A stretch of DNA of 64,000 nucleotides from a virus (taxonomy: Duplodnaviria > Caudoviricetes), in IMG/VR virus record IMGVR_UViG_3300029913_000012, positions 1-64,000 of that record. One strand, given 5' to 3'. Of this stretch, positions 9,535 to 20,672 are shown piece by piece (the stretch's first letter is position 1; each line of letters begins with the position of its first letter). Under the pieces are notes generated by a model, which saw only the letters and a list, made by a program, of their open reading frames with translations, did no database searches and was not told the DNA's origin. Position numbers and translations under genes: made by a program.

Positions 9535-9906
9535 TTATTCATAAATAAATTCTATATTATATCCTTTTATAATAAAATCTAGTCGTAAAATATCTTGTAG
9601 AGTACCTTCATATAGATACAGATCGAAAGTATATCCTAATACTAATAATTCTGGTATATATGTTTGTATTTGTTCACCTATTATATTTTTCAGTGTACCT
9701 GTTGTAACGTTTGTTTGCCATAGGTAATATTCTAAATTTGATCCCATATCTTCATCTCCTAATACATCTCCTTTTTTAGTATATAGAATCATTTCTAATT
9801 TTTGAACTATAACTTCAACATCGTCGTCTTCTATAATTTTACCTGGAACGTATTTTGGATGACCAGGATATCTTATGACAAAATCTTTTACATCATTTAG
9901 AGCCAT
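9535..9906 (-). CDS. baseplate wedge protein (gp25-like)
   Basis: ILYTKKGDVLGDEDMGSNLEYYLW...YIPE. Confidence 0.75.
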   Translation of the reverse strand: MALNDVKDFVIRYPGHPKYVPGKIIEDDDVEVIVQKLEMILYTKKGDVLGDEDMGSNLEYYLWQTNVTTGTLKNIIGEQIQTYIPELLVLGYTFDLYLYEGTLQDILRLDFIIKGYNIEFIYE

Positions 9907-9953
9907 TTTTAAACCTTATTTTTATTATATATATAAAAAAATATATATTACAA

Positions 9954-10235
9954 ATGGAAGAATCAAATTTCATATCTATAATAGATTATATAGGAAAAAT
10001 AAATAATGGTGTGGCTGTATTATTATCAATGAAAGTTGTTGATAAAATATATGAATTTGGCTATTGGTTTGATAAAGAAGATGAATATTTATTATCTTGT
10101 GATGATAAATTTTTAATAGATTATAATCTTAATAATATATATGAATATAAAAATTATAAAAAATTAGCTTATTATATACACAATTTTGTATTGGATAATA
10201 AAGAAGAAATATTTAATGAATTTTTATCTGATTAA
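9954..10235 (+). CDS. hypothetical protein
   Basis: ORF only. Confidence 0.55.
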   Translation: MEESNFISIIDYIGKINNGVAVLLSMKVVDKIYEFGYWFDKEDEYLLSCDDKFLIDYNLNNIYEYKNYKKLAYYIHNFVLDNKEEIFNEFLSD

Positions 10236-10523
10236 TTATAAATTAAATTTTAATGTATCTTTTATTGTTTCAAATTCTAATATTTCTTCTTTTGTTAAAT
10301 TTCTTGTTATATCATTTTCATCAATATACATTCCAAGTGAAGATGAATGATATCCGTCTTCATCAAAAAAATTTATCATATAATCCCATTCACCTTTTGA
10401 TATATACTTATTAATCTTATATATTTGGCAAAAATTATTAATATCAGGGTATCCAACGACATAAACATAATCGCCAACATCATACATTAGTGTCTTTTTT
10501 TCAAATGTTTTTATATATTTCAT
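10236..10523 (-). CDS. small protein with N-terminal MKYIKTFE leader and C-terminal KFNL
   Basis: Terminal motifs shared with other small ORFs. Confidence 0.6.
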   Translation of the reverse strand: MKYIKTFEKKTLMYDVGDYVYVVGYPDINNFCQIYKINKYISKGEWDYMINFFDEDGYHSSSLGMYIDENDITRNLTKEEILEFETIKDTLKFNL

Positions 10524-10528
10524 AATAA

Positions 10529-12472
10529 TTATCTATATGTGACTCCTTTCCATATTATGTTAACAGTACTAAATCCTGACGTTGCGGTAGGATCTTCTCC
10601 AAAATATATACCATTTCTATTTATCCAACCGCCTCTTAATACTACTAATTCGTTATTTCCTATAATAATATCACCTAGAATTGGATCTAATCCAATTACT
10701 TTTGATGCATCATATTGTGCTGTGCTATTATATGAAACAACTGTACTACTTCCAACAGATGCTGATGAATTTGAATTACCAACTATTGAACTAGAATAAT
10801 TTGGTGTTGTGGGTGTATTACTACTGTTTGAACTTGTTGAATTTACATTATTTGTTGCTGTAGTTATATTTTGATATGCATTTGTAGACACATTTACAGA
10901 ATTTGAATTTGATGTATATGTTGATTGTAATACACTTGTATTGGTTGATGATAATATAGATCCAGTTCTAATATAATCCTCATTATCTTTACTTATAAAT
11001 TCTAAGTTTAAAGAATCTATACCATCTATATCTTTTAATTCTGTAATCAAATTTGCTTTTACAATTTTATCATATCTACTATATGATGCAAAATATGTTG
11101 ATATTGTATCAAGAACTTGCTCTCTTATATTATCTTCTGATGTATCATCATATCTTATAATAAAAATATTCACTATATATTTTTTTATTATTGGATTTAT
11201 AATATTAATTATAGAAGATATACTAAGTATTCCCTCCATTTTAAGATAGCTTATTATTCTATTTTTTTGATCTTGATCAAGATAAAAATAATCAAATGGA
11301 ATATTAAAATAGTTAATATTTGAAGAAAAGTAATCTGTTATTCTTGGTATTAAATATAAATACATTTGGTTTATATTAATATCATCTACTGTATTTGAAT
11401 TTAGATCAATTTTAATTGTATCTAATGTATTATAAGCATTTACTTTTGAAAACATATTTAATTTCATTAGATGATATATAAATTGATCAGGAGTAGCAAG
11501 AACAAAATTTCTTGATACATAAGGAATTATTGATCTTGTATATTCTATACTTTCACCATCACTTGCAAAAATTATATCTGTTTCTATATAAATATCAAAC
11601 AAATTTCCAGCCTGTATAACATTACCATCACTATCATATATATCATCAATAAAAGTAAAATCATTAATATTATTGTTTAATATATTACCAGATAATCCAT
11701 TTGTAGTTAAATATTTAACATCTATAACAGAGCCAATATCAGGAATACATCCATTATTTCCATTACCGAAATAAATATCTATTCCACCATTAAATCCAGT
11801 TCTTGTATAACAAGCATATTCATCTTGTAGCATATCATATAAATGATCTCTTATTTGTAAAGTTATTCCATTTAGTGATATTTGAAAATCAAAATTATCA
11901 ATTGTTGAATTATTACTAACAACGACTTGAAACGATTGAGATAATGTACCATCTCCTGTGAATGTTTGGGTTTCATATTTTCCTTGAACCACATTAATAA
12001 AAAATTGGCATCCAGTTTTAAGAGTATAATAATTTCTATATGTTCCTGTTTTAATCGAATAATAAAGGCTGTTGGTATTATTTTTTAATTGAGTTTCATT
12101 ATAAATTATAACTATTCCGCCTGATACCTGACTAACATCGACTCCTTGTTTAAGTTTAAATTTTAGAGTTCCTTTAGCTGATATTGCTCTTGATGGATTA
12201 CAACCTGATATTCTTGCGATATTTCTAATAGTTCTAATAGTAACAGCTTGATCTATATCTAATTGTCTAACTGCATTTTTTACATATAGTATATTTTGAA
12301 TAAATATCTCTTTAACCATAGTTAAAATTTGTCCGTATGGCGATGCAGAATTATAAAGAATGCTAGATTTTTTATAAGTTGCACTTATCCAATTATTTAA
12401 CTGATTTGTTAAATTTGCATAATTCAATTCTATGCTATTGAATATTCTATTAAGTTTTGAAATTCTTGCCAC
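10529..12472 (-). CDS. baseplate wedge subunit (gp6-like)
   Basis: IRNIARISG.NPSR, IYFGNGNNG.IP, YLTTNG..GN, DGESIE; S/T/N-rich insert near the C-terminus. Confidence 0.85.
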   Translation of the reverse strand: MARISKLNRIFNSIELNYANLTNQLNNWISATYKKSSILYNSASPYGQILTMVKEIFIQNILYVKNAVRQLDIDQAVTIRTIRNIARISGCNPSRAISAKGTLKFKLKQGVDVSQVSGGIVIIYNETQLKNNTNSLYYSIKTGTYRNYYTLKTGCQFFINVVQGKYETQTFTGDGTLSQSFQVVVSNNSTIDNFDFQISLNGITLQIRDHLYDMLQDEYACYTRTGFNGGIDIYFGNGNNGCIPDIGSVIDVKYLTTNGLSGNILNNNINDFTFIDDIYDSDGNVIQAGNLFDIYIETDIIFASDGESIEYTRSIIPYVSRNFVLATPDQFIYHLMKLNMFSKVNAYNTLDTIKIDLNSNTVDDININQMYLYLIPRITDYFSSNINYFNIPFDYFYLDQDQKNRIISYLKMEGILSISSIINIINPIIKKYIVNIFIIRYDDTSEDNIREQVLDTISTYFASYSRYDKIVKANLITELKDIDGIDSLNLEFISKDNEDYIRTGSILSSTNTSVLQSTYTSNSNSVNVSTNAYQNITTATNNVNSTSSNSSNTPTTPNYSSSIVGNSNSSASVGSSTVVSYNSTAQYDASKVIGLDPILGDIIIGNNELVVLRGGWINRNGIYFGEDPTATSGFSTVNIIWKGVTYR

Positions 12473-12493
12473 TCTTTTTATATTTTTTTTTAA

Positions 12494-13144
12494 TTATTTA
12501 ATATATTTTTTTAAATTTTCTCCAATTGTTTCGACTAAATTTTTAAGATTATCTTCTTTATCTTCATATATTTTTTTAAATATTTCAAATTTAAAATTAT
12601 ATTCATCATCTACATTTTTTGTGATAGTTAAATCTACAATTTGATTATTACTTAATGATATTTCAAAATTAAAATATATAGATTTACAAGGCATTATAGA
12701 TATTTTTTTATTATCAACATTAGTTACTGATATCTTAGAAATTTCATTATTATCAAACCACTTATTAATTAATGTCGCAGGTGATTTAATAAATTGTGAT
12801 AAAATTTTAATATTTTCTCCAAATTTATTTTCTTTAAATATATTTTTTATTTTATTTTCAAAATCTTCTAAATCTGAAAATTCAATTCTAACATATTCAC
12901 AATTAATATCATATAAATAAGTAAAATAATTTTTAGTTATTTTTGATTTTATATTATCAGTTGTAAATATTATTTTTGTATAAATGATATTAATATCATC
13001 ATATAAAATTTTATTTATTGATATTACTAATCTTAATTCTTCTGAATTTAAAATTTTCTCATAAATTGTATCTACCGATAATACTTTTGTAGTATCAAAT
13101 ACGTTTTTTATTTTATTAACTAAATCTTCTATTGATATATTCAT
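12494..13144 (-). CDS. hypothetical protein in structural operon
   Basis: ORF and gene context. Confidence 0.55.
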   Translation of the reverse strand: MNISIEDLVNKIKNVFDTTKVLSVDTIYEKILNSEELRLVISINKILYDDINIIYTKIIFTTDNIKSKITKNYFTYLYDINCEYVRIEFSDLEDFENKIKNIFKENKFGENIKILSQFIKSPATLINKWFDNNEISKISVTNVDNKKISIMPCKSIYFNFEISLSNNQIVDLTITKNVDDEYNFKFEIFKKIYEDKEDNLKNLVETIGENLKKYIK

Positions 13145-13147
13145 ATG

Positions 13148-15850
13148 TTAAATTATTTTATATGTTATGTTATATCTATCTGCAAATGTAGAAGTATTCG
13201 TTCCATCTACTCTAAGTATAGTAACTTGTAATCCTCTATAATAACTAACTCTTGGCTGTCCTATGGATATATATCCGCATACAGAAGATTGTAATAAGCT
13301 TATTGTTATATTTATACCAACTTTATTCATTATTGTATATGCGCCACTATAATCTATTACATTACCAAATGTGTCTTTAAAATATAGATTTTGTACATAT
13401 ATAGTATTACCAGATTTAAACATATCTTCTGTTAATATTAATTCTACATATTCTCCTTCAACACATAATGTATTTCCTGTATATACATCAGTACAATTAA
13501 CATATATATTTTCATTTAAATAAAAACTATCATCAAATACAGATTTTTCTGGTGTTAAATTTACATATTTTCCAGTTACTATATCTTTTGGTAAATCTGT
13601 ATAAAAAATATTTATTTCTGATGATGTGTCATTATAATTAAACATCATATTAAAATATAATTTTTGAATATATTGAGCATATTTAGGCTCAATTAAAATA
13701 TCCAATTTTTGTTTATTTTTAAGATCTTGATCTAACATAATAATAGCATTACCTCCTTTTGTGGATATATTATCATTTATAATATTTAATAACATATTAC
13801 TAGTAAATGATGCTGAAATTGGATAAGATGCTCCTGTATTTGATAAGTTATAATTATAAACTTCTGATATACTAATATTTTCTATTTCATCATATTCAAC
13901 AGTTATAACATTCATTTTTAATTTAGGATATATTCCAGAATAATCAACTGATATCGCAGTTGAATCAGAATCAACAAATTGATTAGTTGAATATAATGTT
14001 AAAAGATTTTGCATGTTAGACATTTGACTTTTTAAAGCATCTATATCTGTTTGTGAATAAATTAAACTTTTTATTTCTTGTATATCCAAATTCATTCTAA
14101 CAAATTGATTTATAATATTAATAAAGTTTTCATTTACTTGATAAAATCGTTTCATCATTTCATTATACATATCAAATCCAAACATATTATAAATAGTTGT
14201 TGGATCATAAGTTAGCGGTTCAACATCATTATCTATATTGTAATTAATATTCAAATTAAACATATAAGATAATCCATCTTGAACTCCATTTGTAACTAAT
14301 TTATTGTATGGTGTTATTTGTGTTGCGAAATTATCATCATCATTATCAGGATTATTTAAAAATTCAATACCATATAAATTAACATACGAGTTAATATTAT
14401 TATTATTATCTTTTTCAACTAATTCATAATACCATAATATTGCATTAAATTCAAAATCTTTAGGTGCTTGTCCTTGAATTGATAATGAACTAAATTCATC
14501 AAAATTTTTACACTCCAATCCAGCGATATTCATTTTATAATAATGAGTTCTATCTACATCAAGAAAAACTCCATCAATATCATTAGAATTAAAATCTGTT
14601 AATTTTTCAATATAATCATCAGCATTTAATCCTGTATTATTAGTTAAATTTATACCATAATAATCACCTTGATATCTCATATTATCTCCATCTGAGCATA
14701 TATATGTATTATCGGCAGTATCAAATTGTCCATAAAATGATCCAGGATAATCTTGAGGATTTGTTCTTATTATTGAATTTAAACTTTCAGCTCCAATAAT
14801 TTCAGTCTGAATTTCATCTGATAGTATTGGTATTTCCAAATTAGGATAATAATTTGTATTACTTCTTATTCCAAATAAAATAGTAGGAGTCTCTCCTCCT
14901 TGATTTGGAATATATGCAGTTACTTCTTGACCAACTCTTGATGCAGTTTGTATATTAGTTATTTGATTAATTTCACCTACATATTCAATTAATTTATGAT
15001 AATCTAAATCGAATACAGATCCTATAAGTGAAGTTTCACTTTGACCTTGAAAATTTGTATCTATCCATATATAAGTATTACCACTTGAAAATTCTATATA
15101 TGCTATTTTATAAGAATAACCAAACGTTATTGCAGGTAAATTAGATATATCAGCAGAAATATTACTATTTAAAATAACTTTATCTCCAACTTTAAATTTT
15201 GCGGTTTGACCTGATATTGTGAATTTTGGAGTATGATAACCATCACTACCTTGATAATCATCTGTACTTTCTTCTACCCAAGTAGTGCTATAATCAATAA
15301 TTTCTCTTTCTTTCCATAAATATTCACGAAAATAATCTGTATTATTAATAGTTGAATTATTAGTATTATCAAAATCAGTTAAATTTTTATCCCAATCGAC
15401 TTTATGTACCGCTGGCTCAAAATCTATCATATTTAATTTTCTGACCCATTTCCAGAAAATTTCTTCAGTTGGTGTATATCTTTCAGCAATATTATAAAAA
15501 TCAGTATTTGTATTTATTCTACTTTCATGTAAAACTGTATCATAATTCGCAACATAATTTCTCAAAGATTCAACTAATTGATCTGATAATAATGTAGGTT
15601 TTGATGTGTTTGGATCATCACAATAAAAAGGTGCATCACCTGAATTTGATTTTGGTATAAATTCCATAACACCATCATTCATACTATTATTTGATAATGT
15701 TTGCTTAGGAATATTTAATAATGCAAATTTTGTAAAATTTAAATTGTAATAATCATTATAATTTGCTAAATTTATATCTGAAGATGCAGAAGGAAATGCA
15801 TAAAATGAAGTACCACGTGATTTAAGACTCTTATATAATGGAGTTGACAT
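13148..15850 (-). CDS. large putative virion structural protein
   Basis: 900 aa, acidic and Asn-rich, co-oriented with baseplate genes. Confidence 0.6.
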   Translation of the reverse strand: MSTPLYKSLKSRGTSFYAFPSASSDINLANYNDYYNLNFTKFALLNIPKQTLSNNSMNDGVMEFIPKSNSGDAPFYCDDPNTSKPTLLSDQLVESLRNYVANYDTVLHESRINTNTDFYNIAERYTPTEEIFWKWVRKLNMIDFEPAVHKVDWDKNLTDFDNTNNSTINNTDYFREYLWKEREIIDYSTTWVEESTDDYQGSDGYHTPKFTISGQTAKFKVGDKVILNSNISADISNLPAITFGYSYKIAYIEFSSGNTYIWIDTNFQGQSETSLIGSVFDLDYHKLIEYVGEINQITNIQTASRVGQEVTAYIPNQGGETPTILFGIRSNTNYYPNLEIPILSDEIQTEIIGAESLNSIIRTNPQDYPGSFYGQFDTADNTYICSDGDNMRYQGDYYGINLTNNTGLNADDYIEKLTDFNSNDIDGVFLDVDRTHYYKMNIAGLECKNFDEFSSLSIQGQAPKDFEFNAILWYYELVEKDNNNNINSYVNLYGIEFLNNPDNDDDNFATQITPYNKLVTNGVQDGLSYMFNLNINYNIDNDVEPLTYDPTTIYNMFGFDMYNEMMKRFYQVNENFINIINQFVRMNLDIQEIKSLIYSQTDIDALKSQMSNMQNLLTLYSTNQFVDSDSTAISVDYSGIYPKLKMNVITVEYDEIENISISEVYNYNLSNTGASYPISASFTSNMLLNIINDNISTKGGNAIIMLDQDLKNKQKLDILIEPKYAQYIQKLYFNMMFNYNDTSSEINIFYTDLPKDIVTGKYVNLTPEKSVFDDSFYLNENIYVNCTDVYTGNTLCVEGEYVELILTEDMFKSGNTIYVQNLYFKDTFGNVIDYSGAYTIMNKVGINITISLLQSSVCGYISIGQPRVSYYRGLQVTILRVDGTNTSTFADRYNITYKII

Positions 15851-15866
15851 ATTTTTTATTTTATTT

Positions 15867-17132
15867 TTATATATTAAATTTTAATATATCTGATAATTCA
15901 TTATTTAATTTTTCTGAAATATCTTCATCATATTTAATTCTAATTAATTTAATATTATTATTAGAACAAAAATTCGTTTTTATATTATCATTTATTTTTG
16001 TATTTTTTAATTTTTTATCTCCACCAAAATAATCAATAGATTCATAATGTTGAATTCCGTCATATTCTATACATATTTTGTGTGTAGGTAGATAAAAATC
16101 AAATGATAATTTTAATTTATTGATACATTTTTCGAATTTTTCTTGTCTTCTAAAAAATATATTATTTTTTATTAAATATTTAAAAATTATATTTTCTCCT
16201 TTACTCTCTTTACAATATGGACATCCTCTTTTATTACAATTTATATGATCATTAGGTGTCAATTGAAATATACCATGTTTTGAACAAATTATTTTTACTT
16301 TATTAAAAACTCCAATATAATCAACTAATGAATAATCATATTTATTTTCATGTAGTTTTTTAGCTTTTTTTATAAAAAATTCTGTATTTGATTTTTTTTT
16401 ATCATCAGCGCATTTTTTACAACCATTACCTCTAATGTGATATACTGGTTCTTGTTCGAATTCACCATGTACTGGACATATTATTTTAACTTCATTATAT
16501 TTACTTACATAATCAACTAATGAATAATCATATTTATTGTTATGTTTTATTTTAGATTTTTGTATAAAATTTTCTTGTTTATTGCACAAAGTACAACCAA
16601 AATCTAAATGTGCTTGAGGAAATTGTTCAAATTCGCCATGTATTGGACATATTATTTTAACTTTAGTGTATGAGTTTGTATAATTAGTTAAACTATAATC
16701 ATATTTATAATTGTGAATTTTTTTAGAGTTTTTTATAAAATCATTTTTTGTTATTCCGCATAATTGGCATCCACATCCTTCTAAATGAACATAAGGTAAT
16801 TGTTCAAATTTACCATGAATTGGACATATTATTTTAACTTCATTATGAGATCCTTTATAGTCAACTAATGAATAATCATATTTATTTCCATGTATATCTT
16901 CGGATTTTTTAATAAATTTTTTAGTTGTTAATTTTAATGTACCTCCGCATATTTGACAACCATGTTTTTCATTTATGTGTTTATCAGGTTTCTGTTTAAA
17001 TTCTCCGTGCTCAGGACAAATAATTTTAACATCAGTTCTATTATTTTTATAATCAACTAATGAATAATCATATTTATAATTGTGCACAATATTTGATTTT
17101 TCAATAAATTCTTGTGTTGTCAACTTTTTCAT
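15867..17132 (-). CDS. homing-endonuclease-like protein with CPxHG repeats and PD-(D/E)XK/Vsr-like domain
   Basis: Five KYDYSL..Y...VKIIC(P/S)xHG repeats; FDFYLP..CIEYDGIQH. Confidence 0.8.
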   Translation of the reverse strand: MKKLTTQEFIEKSNIVHNYKYDYSLVDYKNNRTDVKIICPEHGEFKQKPDKHINEKHGCQICGGTLKLTTKKFIKKSEDIHGNKYDYSLVDYKGSHNEVKIICPIHGKFEQLPYVHLEGCGCQLCGITKNDFIKNSKKIHNYKYDYSLTNYTNSYTKVKIICPIHGEFEQFPQAHLDFGCTLCNKQENFIQKSKIKHNNKYDYSLVDYVSKYNEVKIICPVHGEFEQEPVYHIRGNGCKKCADDKKKSNTEFFIKKAKKLHENKYDYSLVDYIGVFNKVKIICSKHGIFQLTPNDHINCNKRGCPYCKESKGENIIFKYLIKNNIFFRRQEKFEKCINKLKLSFDFYLPTHKICIEYDGIQHYESIDYFGGDKKLKNTKINDNIKTNFCSNNNIKLIRIKYDEDISEKLNNELSDILKFNI

Positions 17133-17168
17133 ATTATTATATATAAAAAAATCATCTTCATAAAAATA

Positions 17169-17204
17169 AAAAAAGAGTAATAATTTAAATTATCACTCTT
17201 TTTT
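17169..17204 (-). terminator. intrinsic terminator
   Basis: AAAAAGAGT...ACTCTTTTT inverted repeat. Confidence 0.55.
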
Positions 17205-17205
17205 A

Positions 17206-17427
17206 CTAATTTTCTTGATACCACATCCTTTTAGTTAATATCATTCTAATTATATTTATATCAATTTCATAATCATCACTAATTTCTTTTAAATTTAAAT
17301 AATTTTTATTTTCATATTTTAATTTGTCAATTTCTAACTCATTTTTTTCTAATAATTCTTCATATTTTTTAAACATCAACTTCAATTTTTTAGTATCAGT
17401 TTTTTCGTATTTTTCAATTGTTTTCAT
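17206..17427 (-). CDS. hypothetical protein
   Basis: ORF overlapping the upstream gene. Confidence 0.5.
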   Translation of the reverse strand: MKTIEKYEKTDTKKLKLMFKKYEELLEKNELEIDKLKYENKNYLNLKEISDDYEIDINIIRMILTKRMWYQEN

Positions 17428-17680
17428 ATTCAGAAATTTGTTTTAATTTATTTAATTTTTTTATTCTATCATATTTAAGTTTATTGTTAATTTGATCTAA
17501 TTCATATTCTACTCGTGCTGCTGTAATATTTATATGATTCACCATATTATCTGAAATATATTTTACATAATCATCAGAATAATGAGGTTCTTCTAAATAT
17601 TCTATAAAACCTTTAGAAGGATCATCATCTATATAAACAGAATTTATTAGATTATCTTTTATATATTCTTCATATGTCAT
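17414..17680 (-). CDS. hypothetical protein with C-terminal R-x-x-KL tag
   Basis: ...KYDRIKKLNKLKQI. Confidence 0.55.
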   Translation of the reverse strand: MTYEEYIKDNLINSVYIDDDPSKGFIEYLEEPHYSDDYVKYISDNMVNHINITAARVEYELDQINNKLKYDRIKKLNKLKQISEYENN

Positions 17681-17700
17681 AATTTATAAACTGTTTATTT

Positions 17701-18333
17701 TTAATAATCTGCATTGCTATAATGGGCAACCAAGTATTCTGGAACTATTTTCAATTTTTTAAATTTTAATCCCATACTTACTAATTTAAAAATAAATAAC
17801 CAGTCGTGACCATAACCTTCTGACCAACAGTTATTTAACTCTTTTAAATTTTTATGACTTATTGAACTTGTTCCAATACTAGCCCAACGAGGCTCAACAA
17901 TTCTCATTTGTAATTTTTTAAATGTACTATCGAGTACTAGATAATCATTATAAAAAACAAAATCATAGTTATCTAAATCAAATTGTTCCACTATTTTTTG
18001 AATATGATTAGGTCCTAAAATATCATCTGAATCTAAATATGATATTATATCTCCATCTGCAAGTTGGAATGCGATATTTCTCATTTCACCTGAATATAAT
18101 TGCTGTTTAGGAATTTGTATTAATTTTATATTTATATCAGAAGAAAAATACTTATTATATAGGTCAATAGTCAATTGACAGCCGTCAGATACTATAATCA
18201 ATTCTATATTTTTATAAGTTTGTTTTTTAAAACTATTTACAGCACGTATAAATTTTTTATCTCTATTATAAGCTCCACCTGGATATGCAGATAAATATGA
18301 TGCCATAATAACACTAACTTTAGGATTAGTCAT
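17701..18333 (-). CDS. GT2 glycosyltransferase
   Basis: KVSVIMASY, ELIIVSDG, YLDSDD. Confidence 0.9.
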   Translation of the reverse strand: MTNPKVSVIMASYLSAYPGGAYNRDKKFIRAVNSFKKQTYKNIELIIVSDGCQLTIDLYNKYFSSDINIKLIQIPKQQLYSGEMRNIAFQLADGDIISYLDSDDILGPNHIQKIVEQFDLDNYDFVFYNDYLVLDSTFKKLQMRIVEPRWASIGTSSISHKNLKELNNCWSEGYGHDWLFIFKLVSMGLKFKKLKIVPEYLVAHYSNADY

Positions 18334-18395
18334 AAATTAAATTATTTTTATTTAATATATTAAAAAATAATCAAATAGTTTATATTTTATTTTTA

Positions 18396-19235
18396 TTAAC
18401 ATAATCCTGTTCCAATTATTAATCCAGTATTATCTAAATGTATCCAAATTTTAGGTACTAATCCACTTAATTCTAATGATAAATATCCATCATTTGTACT
18501 ATCAGAGTGTCCTGTTATTGGAGTTGTTAATGTAAAATCATCATATAATATGGTTGTATTTATTATTATTGATGACGCAGTAGTATAATAAAATCTACCT
18601 ATTGAAAATGAAGTACAAGCTAATGTAGAATTAGATGCAAATCCACTAGCTGATCCACCATAATAATAATATGGAGTAGAAGTCGTTGTAGTTGTAGTTG
18701 TCGGAGCAATAGTAGTAGTTGTAGTTGTCGGAGCAATAGTAGTAGTTGTAGTTGTCGGAGCAATAGTAGTAGTTGTAGTTGTCGGAGCAATAGTAGTAGT
18801 TGTAGTTGTCGGAGCAATAGTAGTTGTAGTATTAGAAATACAATTAACCCATGAGTAATTATTGCTACCTATTTGCATACACATTTCTAAATAAGAATTA
18901 TTTTGATTAGTTCTATATCTAAATGTACCAGTTATTCCTGAATTACATTCATCACAATAATTTAATATTTTAACCTCATGTGTTAAGCCTGATGATGAAT
19001 ACATTCCTGATGTACCATCTTGTCCACTTATACCAATAACTCCATCAATACCTGTTGTACCATTTGTGCCACTTGAACTAGATTCAGTAAATCCAGAAAA
19101 TATATAATCATTTATTTGATATAAATTTATTTTCTTACTAACCGTGCCATATGTTATATGATCAACAGGCAAAATAAGATTATTATTTAAATAATTTTCT
19201 TTTTCAAAATTTCGAATTCTTATAATATTTGGCAT
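18396..19235 (-). CDS. Thr-rich (mucin-like) putative virion fiber/decoration protein
   Basis: TTTTTTIAP repeats and GxxG-type repeats; paralog of 19270..20589. Confidence 0.65.
   Translation of the reverse strand: MPNIIRIRNFEKENYLNNNLILPVDHITYGTVSKKINLYQINDYIFSGFTESSSSGTNGTTGIDGVIGISGQDGTSGMYSSSGLTHEVKILNYCDECNSGITGTFRYRTNQNNSYLEMCMQIGSNNYSWVNCISNTTTTIAPTTTTTTIAPTTTTTTIAPTTTTTTIAPTTTTTTIAPTTTTTTTSTPYYYYGGSASGFASNSTLACTSFSIGRFYYTTASSIIINTTILYDDFTLTTPITGHSDSTNDGYLSLELSGLVPKIWIHLDNTGLIIGTGLC
18686..18830. repeat. 27-bp coding tandem repeat, about 5 copies
   Basis: Unit GTAGTTGTAGTTGTCGGAGCAATAGTA encodes TTTTTTIAP on the minus strand. Confidence 0.95.
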
Positions 19236-19269
19236 TAATTCAATTTAATTTTTATTAATTGTGTAACTA

Positions 19270-20589
19270 TTAAACTTCTTCACAACCTATTACATAACTA
19301 AATGTTAGTAAACTATTAGGTATAACAGAATAACAGCATACTGTTATTGTACCTCCTTGTTTTTCTAATAATATACTTTGATCTTCATGATTATAATTTA
19401 TCCAATGTGCGTAAGTATTACTTTGACTATTATTTATAATTGTATATTGAAACATAGCTGCTGTTGTACTTGTTGTTGTAGTAGTTACTAATGTATTATC
19501 GTATGCATAAGTATTTGAATATCTATTATTTGTATAATCATAAATTTTAAATACTAATGGTACTCTTGGATAATTTGTAGCACTACCGAAATTCACTGGA
19601 CTATATCCTCCTGTTTGATTTGATACTGGTGTAAATGTTAAACCTCCATCTGTTGAATATTGATTACCTAATACTGTAATTGGTAAAGAACCTGGATTAA
19701 AAGTGAACCATAAATTTCCTGATATTAAATTAATAGCATTCAACACTAATAAATTAGATGATGATGTAGTTGTAGTTGTAGTAGTTGGTAAAGATGTAGT
19801 TGTAGTTGTAGTTGATGACGCCGTAGTTGTAGTAGTTGTAGTTATAGGCGCAATTGTTGTAGTCCACGTATTTGATACTATTGGAACCCAAACATAATTA
19901 GTAGAACCAGACTGCATACACATTTCTAAATATGAATTATATATATCTGTTCTGTATCTAAATGTACCTGTCGTACCAGAATTACAATCCGAACAATAAC
20001 CAACTACCATTATATTATTAACATTATTACATGTTACTTGATTTAAATATACTTTATCATTATTATTTGGTGATAATAATGTATATAAATTACCTAAATT
20101 AACTAAATTGTCATTTAAATACCATTCATATGAATAATCTGTAAATCCTGTCATACCAGTAACAAAAAAAGTTACGCCTGTAGTTCCTGTAGTTATATAA
20201 CAAATTCCGCTATTTTCTGATGTTGGTATTGATATTGGTAAACTTTCAATTTTAGGTATGCTTGTTATAGTTAAAGCTGTTGGTGCTACGTAAGTAGTTG
20301 ATATCACAATGATATTAGATTGATATCCATGACAAGGTGATATACCAGAACTTCCACTAGTTCCATTATTACCAGAAGAACCATTAAATCCAGATGTTCC
20401 AGAAGTACCACTTGTTGCACCAGTATAATTAGAAAGTGCAAAATTTTTAATTTGATCTAAATTTATTTGTTTAATATTAGATGTATATCCTTGATTTGAG
20501 GTATCTCCACTATAATCAACAGGAAATATAAGTCCTCCAGTTATATTGTTTTCAGTATCTAAATTTCTTATTCTTATTATATTTGGCAT
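19270..20589 (-). CDS. Thr/Ser-rich putative virion fiber/decoration protein
   Basis: MPNIIRIRN start and YCxxCNSG.TGTFRYRT...SYLEMCMQ domain shared with its neighbour; SGTSG repeats; poly-Thr linkers. Confidence 0.65.
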   Translation of the reverse strand: MPNIIRIRNLDTENNITGGLIFPVDYSGDTSNQGYTSNIKQINLDQIKNFALSNYTGATSGTSGTSGFNGSSGNNGTSGSSGISPCHGYQSNIIVISTTYVAPTALTITSIPKIESLPISIPTSENSGICYITTGTTGVTFFVTGMTGFTDYSYEWYLNDNLVNLGNLYTLLSPNNNDKVYLNQVTCNNVNNIMVVGYCSDCNSGTTGTFRYRTDIYNSYLEMCMQSGSTNYVWVPIVSNTWTTTIAPITTTTTTTASSTTTTTTSLPTTTTTTTSSSNLLVLNAINLISGNLWFTFNPGSLPITVLGNQYSTDGGLTFTPVSNQTGGYSPVNFGSATNYPRVPLVFKIYDYTNNRYSNTYAYDNTLVTTTTTSTTAAMFQYTIINNSQSNTYAHWINYNHEDQSILLEKQGGTITVCCYSVIPNSLLTFSYVIGCEEV

Positions 20590-20672
20590 TAAAAATTTAC
20601 TTATTTTTTACTATATATAAAAATAAATATGTTGTATTTATTTTCAATATATATATTTAATATATAGTATAT

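Noticed and set aside
18686-18830. Possible CRISPR array
   Set aside because: Repeats are contiguous with no unique spacers and encode an in-frame Thr-rich linker; no cas genes seen
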